NCBI RefSeq assembly: GCF_006345805.1
Contig: NC_043016.1
Span: forward strand, 29,450,001 to 29,514,000
Length of the DNA: 64,000 nucleotides
DNA from: Octopus sinensis
Taxonomy: Eukaryota
Direction of reading: 5' to 3'
Each line of letters opens with the position of its first letter. Positions within the stretch are counted from its first letter, which is position 1. Both the position numbers and the translations under genes were made by a program. The notes beneath the pieces were generated by a model. It saw only the letters and a program-made list of their open reading frames with translations. It was not told the origin of the DNA and did not search any database. Of this stretch, positions 59,901-64,000 are shown in pieces.

Positions 59901-60431
59901 CAATCACTTTTGAAAATAATGAAGAATTTAATAAAATATCTTTGTAATTATTAAGCTGGTGTTTGGAACCTAAATTAATATGGAATTTTGATGGAATATG
60001 TTTGAATCAAGGCAGTTGCAGGTGGGGCTGGTATCAAAGGGGTTAAAACAGACACAAGGTAAAGACCTGGAAGCTAAGTCATATGACTTGTTGAAATATG
60101 CTATCATTATTTCAATTAATTTTGAAAATAACGAAGGATTTAGTAAAATATTTTTATAATTTTTAAGTTGGCGTTTGGAACATAAATTAACATGGAATTT
60201 TGGTGGAAGGATTTAATTTAGATCTACTTTGCAACAGGAAGTTTGTATTACAGAACCAGGGGTAGTCTCAGGTGGAGGTTGTTATCAAAAGGGTTAAAGA
60301 AAGTAAATATTTGAATCTGATATTGCAAAACTGAAGTAAATTGTAATGATGGCTTTGTTTTATTTTTCTATTTCAGATTTCACTCTTGTTTCTTTGTTGT
60401 CTCCGCATATGTATATCAATGGTAATCCACA

Positions 60432-60794
60432 ATGTCTACTGAAATATATCTTTCTGGACAGAAAGCAAACAAAGAATCTTTTGCCCTACCCTTAAATTCC
60501 TGTGCTGTCATATTTGCCATTCACTATTGTCATTTAGAAGGGATCATTCTGAACTTTGTGGACGACGAAGTATGCGAAGAACTTCAGATAACTATCACCC
60601 ATCATGCCTTGCATTCTCTGAACATTAATTTTATAACACAAAATGAAGTCCCTTCTTTGGTTAATGTCTGCTCCTTACCAGTTCTGGTCACATCTAACAG
60701 CAATCTCATCAGATCGGGACTGTGTAATGTCATCCGGCAGATTATAATGGTGGCCCATAGTCTGTATCCGAAAGAAGACTTCAAGGATTTGCTG
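60432..60794 (+). CDS. GSTCD: First coding exon (121 codons) of a glutathione S-transferase C-terminal domain-containing protein-like gene; exon 60377-60794, gene continues beyond the window
   Basis: LPLNSCAVIFAIHYC...CSLPVLV...IRSGLCNVIRQII...KDLL resembles the GSTCD N-terminus (LPAVV..CRAGLAVVLRHII..LLGF); acceptor tttcag at 60376, phase-0 donor CTG|GTAAGT. Recognised from memory, no search run. Confidence 0.75.
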
Positions 60795-60999
60795 GTAAGT
60801 AGGTTATTGTTGTGTTATAGTTGCTGTTGTTGTGGTTGCTATTGTTATTGTTTTTCTTATCTTTTATCTTTCCATAAAATTAAATTTTGGGGAAAAACCA
60901 TTATCAGTAATGTTGTTGTTTAACCCCAGGTCAGCTCTGGCCTGAGCTGATCACTACGGCTAAAGATATAACTGCTGGGTGTCTGGTGGTGGCAGTGGT

Positions 61000-61200
61000 T
61001 TTTGTTGTTTTTGTTGTTGTTATTATTGTTGTTACTGCTGTTGTTGTTAAGTAGTAGCAGTAGTAGTAGTGGTAGTAGTAATAGTAGTAGTGGAAGTAGT
61101 AGTAGTGGTAGTAGTGGTAGCAGCAGTAGTAGTGGTAATGGTGGTAGTAGTAGTGGTACTAGTAGTAGCAGCAGTGATAGTAGTAGTAGCAGTAGTAGTG
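61000..61200. repeat. (TTG)n followed by (AGT)n-type trinucleotide microsatellite
   Basis: Seen directly; intronic. Confidence 0.95.
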
Positions 61201-61968
61201 GACAAAGTGCTTTTATGTGGCACCAGCACTTGGTCCACTCTATAAACTTTGGATCACCCTCCCATAAATTGATCCATCTCCTTTCCCTATTTAAAGAGTA
61301 GATCCTCTCCTATATATAAATCAAGTTGACCCATACAGTAAAGCAGTGGTTTTCAACCATATTTTGCCCATGGATCCATTTGATTCCTGTTTTATTCAGA
61401 TGGACCCTCATAGCCATTTGATGTTTAAAAAAATCCCATTATATTTTTAGAATTGAATATTATTAGGAATTGCATAAAAAAAAAAAAAAAAATTGTTAAG
61501 GCATGGCTGTGAAGTTGCAGACATGGCTGTTTGGTAAAGAGCTTCCTTCCCAACTACATGGTTCTAGATTAAGCCACACCGAATGGCACCTTGGCCAAAT
61601 GTCTTCTGCTGTAGTCTCAGGCTGACCAGAGTTTCATGAGTGGATTTGGTAGATGGAAACTGAAAGAAGCTTGTCGTATATATATATTTATATATGTGTG
61701 TGTGTGTGTATTTGTGTTTGTCCTCCACCACCACTTGACAGCTGGTGTTGATGTGTTTACGTCCTCATAACTTGGTGGCTCGGCAAAGAAACTGATACAA
61801 TAAGTACCAGACTTTACGAAAGAATAAACTCTTCAAGGTGATGCCCCAGCATGGCCACAGTCTAACGACTAAAATGAGTGGAAAAGAAAAGATATTTGGT
61901 CTATTGAAGAAGTGAAAGCAATTCAGTGCAAATAAATTTTAACAAAAAAACAAAAAAAAAAAATTATA

Positions 61969-62376
61969 GGCGCAGGAGTGGCTGTGTGGTAAGTAGCTTG
62001 CTAACCAACCACATGGTTCCGGGTTCAGTCCCACTGCGTGGTACCTTGGGCAAGTGTCTTCTGCTATAGCCTCGGGCCGACCAAAGCCTTGTGAGTGGAT
62101 TTGGTAGACGGAAACTGAAAGAAGCCTGTCGTATATATGTATATATATATATGTATGTGTGTTTGTTTGTGTGTCTGTGTTTGTCCCCCTAGCATTGCTT
62201 GACAACCGATGCTGGTGTGTTTACGTCCCCGTCACTTAGCGGTTCGGCAAAAGAGACTGATAGAATAAGTACTGGGCTTACAAAAGAATAAGTCCCGGGG
62301 TCGAGTTGCTCGATTAAAGGCGGTGCTCCAGCATGGCCACAGTCAAATGACTGAAACAAGTAAAAGAGTAAAGAGT
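61969..62376 (+). mobile_element. Young full-length family A SINE (older copy at 61500-61890)
   Basis: Near-identical to 8791-9177; CpGs retained. Confidence 0.9.
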
Positions 62377-62550
62377 ATATGGACCTCTAAGGTCATGTGT
62401 GGATGTCCAGAATCCTAATGTGATGCCGTACAGGAGACATGAATGCTTAGAACAACAGATATGTGAATTGGTTCCTGGTCTTTGGACTGACGAGTCTGTG
62501 TGTTATTGTCTCCTTTGTCTTGGGCTTTTAGCATTTAAACTTGCCCAAAT

Positions 62551-62891
62551 ATGGGGAGACCTCCTTCGGTCATGAATGACCATGGGATTGCACCTAGTGA
62601 GTTACCCCCTGAGGTACAAGTTCGGGCAAGGTGGTTTATGGATGACCAGCAGTCACCCATGCATACCAGTGTCCCCTCTCCGCACCATCAATGTTATCCA
62701 AGGGAAAGGCAAAGGCCGATACAGCTTGGCACCAGTGATGTCGCAACTCATTTCTATAGCTGAGTTAACTGGAGCAACGTGAGATAAAGTGTCTTGCTCA
62801 AGAACACAACACGCAGCCCGGTCCGGGAATTGAACTCACAACCTCAGAATCGTAAGCTTGACGCTCTAACCACTGAGCCATGCACCTTCAC
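62551..62891 (-). mobile_element. Family C-related tRNA-derived SINE
   Basis: Minus strand TGGCTCAGTGGTTAGAGCG A box, GAGTTCAATTCC B box, gttgtgttcttgagcaagacactt. Confidence 0.85.
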
Positions 62892-63297
62892 AAACCGGCC
62901 CTAATATTGTATTTGTTTCATGGCAAACTGGCCAGACCTGGCATTGCACACCTACCCTAAAATGTCATTCTAAAAATAAAGAATCACATCATTGAAATCT
63001 TGAAGATTTGAGAAAAGCCATGCTTAATTAAAAAGTATGTGAATAAATAAGCATTACATTTGATTGAGCAATCTGAGTTCTAAAGGGTTAAGGGTTTTGG
63101 TAGCTTTCTAAACAACTATGATATCTATAAACATTTAATTTTTGTTTAAACTGTTTTAGGTTTGGTTTTGAAATAATCTAATTTAAACAAATGTTGCTTT
63201 TACTGTTTTCAGGGTTTTCGCGGTGGAAGTCTGAAAGCTTGCGCAGAAGTAAGTATAGTAATTCACAATGAATGAAAACATATGTGTATGTGCACTA

Positions 63298-63633
63298 ACA
63301 CACACACATATGCACTCACACATACACACACTCACACACACGTATATGCACACACTCACGCACATACACACACACATTCACACATACACACACAAGCACA
63401 AAGATACACACACTCACACTTAGACTCATACATATACTCACATACATACACACTCATACATAGATTCATACATACACTCATGCACATACACACATGCACA
63501 CACACACGTACATGCACACACTCACACACATACACACACACATTCACACACACATTCACACATAGACTCATACACACACTCACACACAGATACACACACA
63601 AACACACAGATTCATACATACACTCACACACAC
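63298..63633. repeat. Degenerate (CA)n microsatellite
   Basis: Seen directly. Confidence 0.95.
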
Positions 63634-64000
63634 TTTATTTGGAGATTTTGTTCTGGTAGATGGGTTGTCTATGCTGCTGTGGTTTGTTGAATCAATAGTT
63701 CCTCTATTCGTACCTATACATACATATGCACACTCATTAACACACACACACACACACATCAGACTGTTTGTCTTTTTGTCTCATATACTTCCAAGCAAAC
63801 ATTTCCTGTTGTTATTCTCTATTTTCTTACTCTTTTTACTAACAAATTTGCTAGACATCTCTTATTCTCCCTTCCTCTAATCTTTATTCTCTCTCTTTTT
63901 CTTGTCTTTCCACCTCTTCCTTTCTTTTTCCTCTTTCTCTTCCTTTATTATTTCTTTTTTCTATTTTTTTTTATTTTACATTGTATATCATGCTTTTTCT

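Noticed and set aside
60795-60923. C-terminal part of the 163-aa ORF
   Set aside because: Read-through past a consensus GTAAGT donor into low-complexity intron.
61002-61301. Signal-peptide-like Leu/Ser-rich ORF
   Set aside because: Made of (TTG)n and (AGT)n microsatellites.

Overview
AT-rich, microsatellite- and transposon-dense animal DNA. The SINE, LINE and Penelope repertoire suggests an octopus or other coleoid cephalopod; this is inferred from repeat content, not confirmed. Two host genes lie on the + strand. (1) A 3054-aa protein (13605-22769) with Q/T/S-rich and ~10-aa tandem-repeat regions, four AT-hooks, acidic tracts and eight C2H2 fingers. It is encoded in one predicted ~9.36-kb exon, with a CpG-retaining promoter near 9.7-10.4 kb, an intron starting 3 nt after the stop codon and a possible ~5-kb 3'UTR. 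(2) The first coding exon of a GSTCD-like gene (60432-60794). The rest is decayed CR1-, RTE-, Hero- and Penelope-like retroelements, several tRNA-derived SINE families, Tc1/mariner, hAT and piggyBac-type elements, and a degenerate 18S rRNA 5' fragment. The most notable hidden signal is a set of minimal type-I hammerhead ribozyme motifs from several Penelope-like families. One family joins a tRNA-like pol III cassette to a hammerhead and occurs as inverted pairs, two of them in the putative 3'UTR of the zinc-finger gene. Another carries 44-92-nt inserts in hammerhead stem II. All calls were made by eye; no database search or folding program was run.
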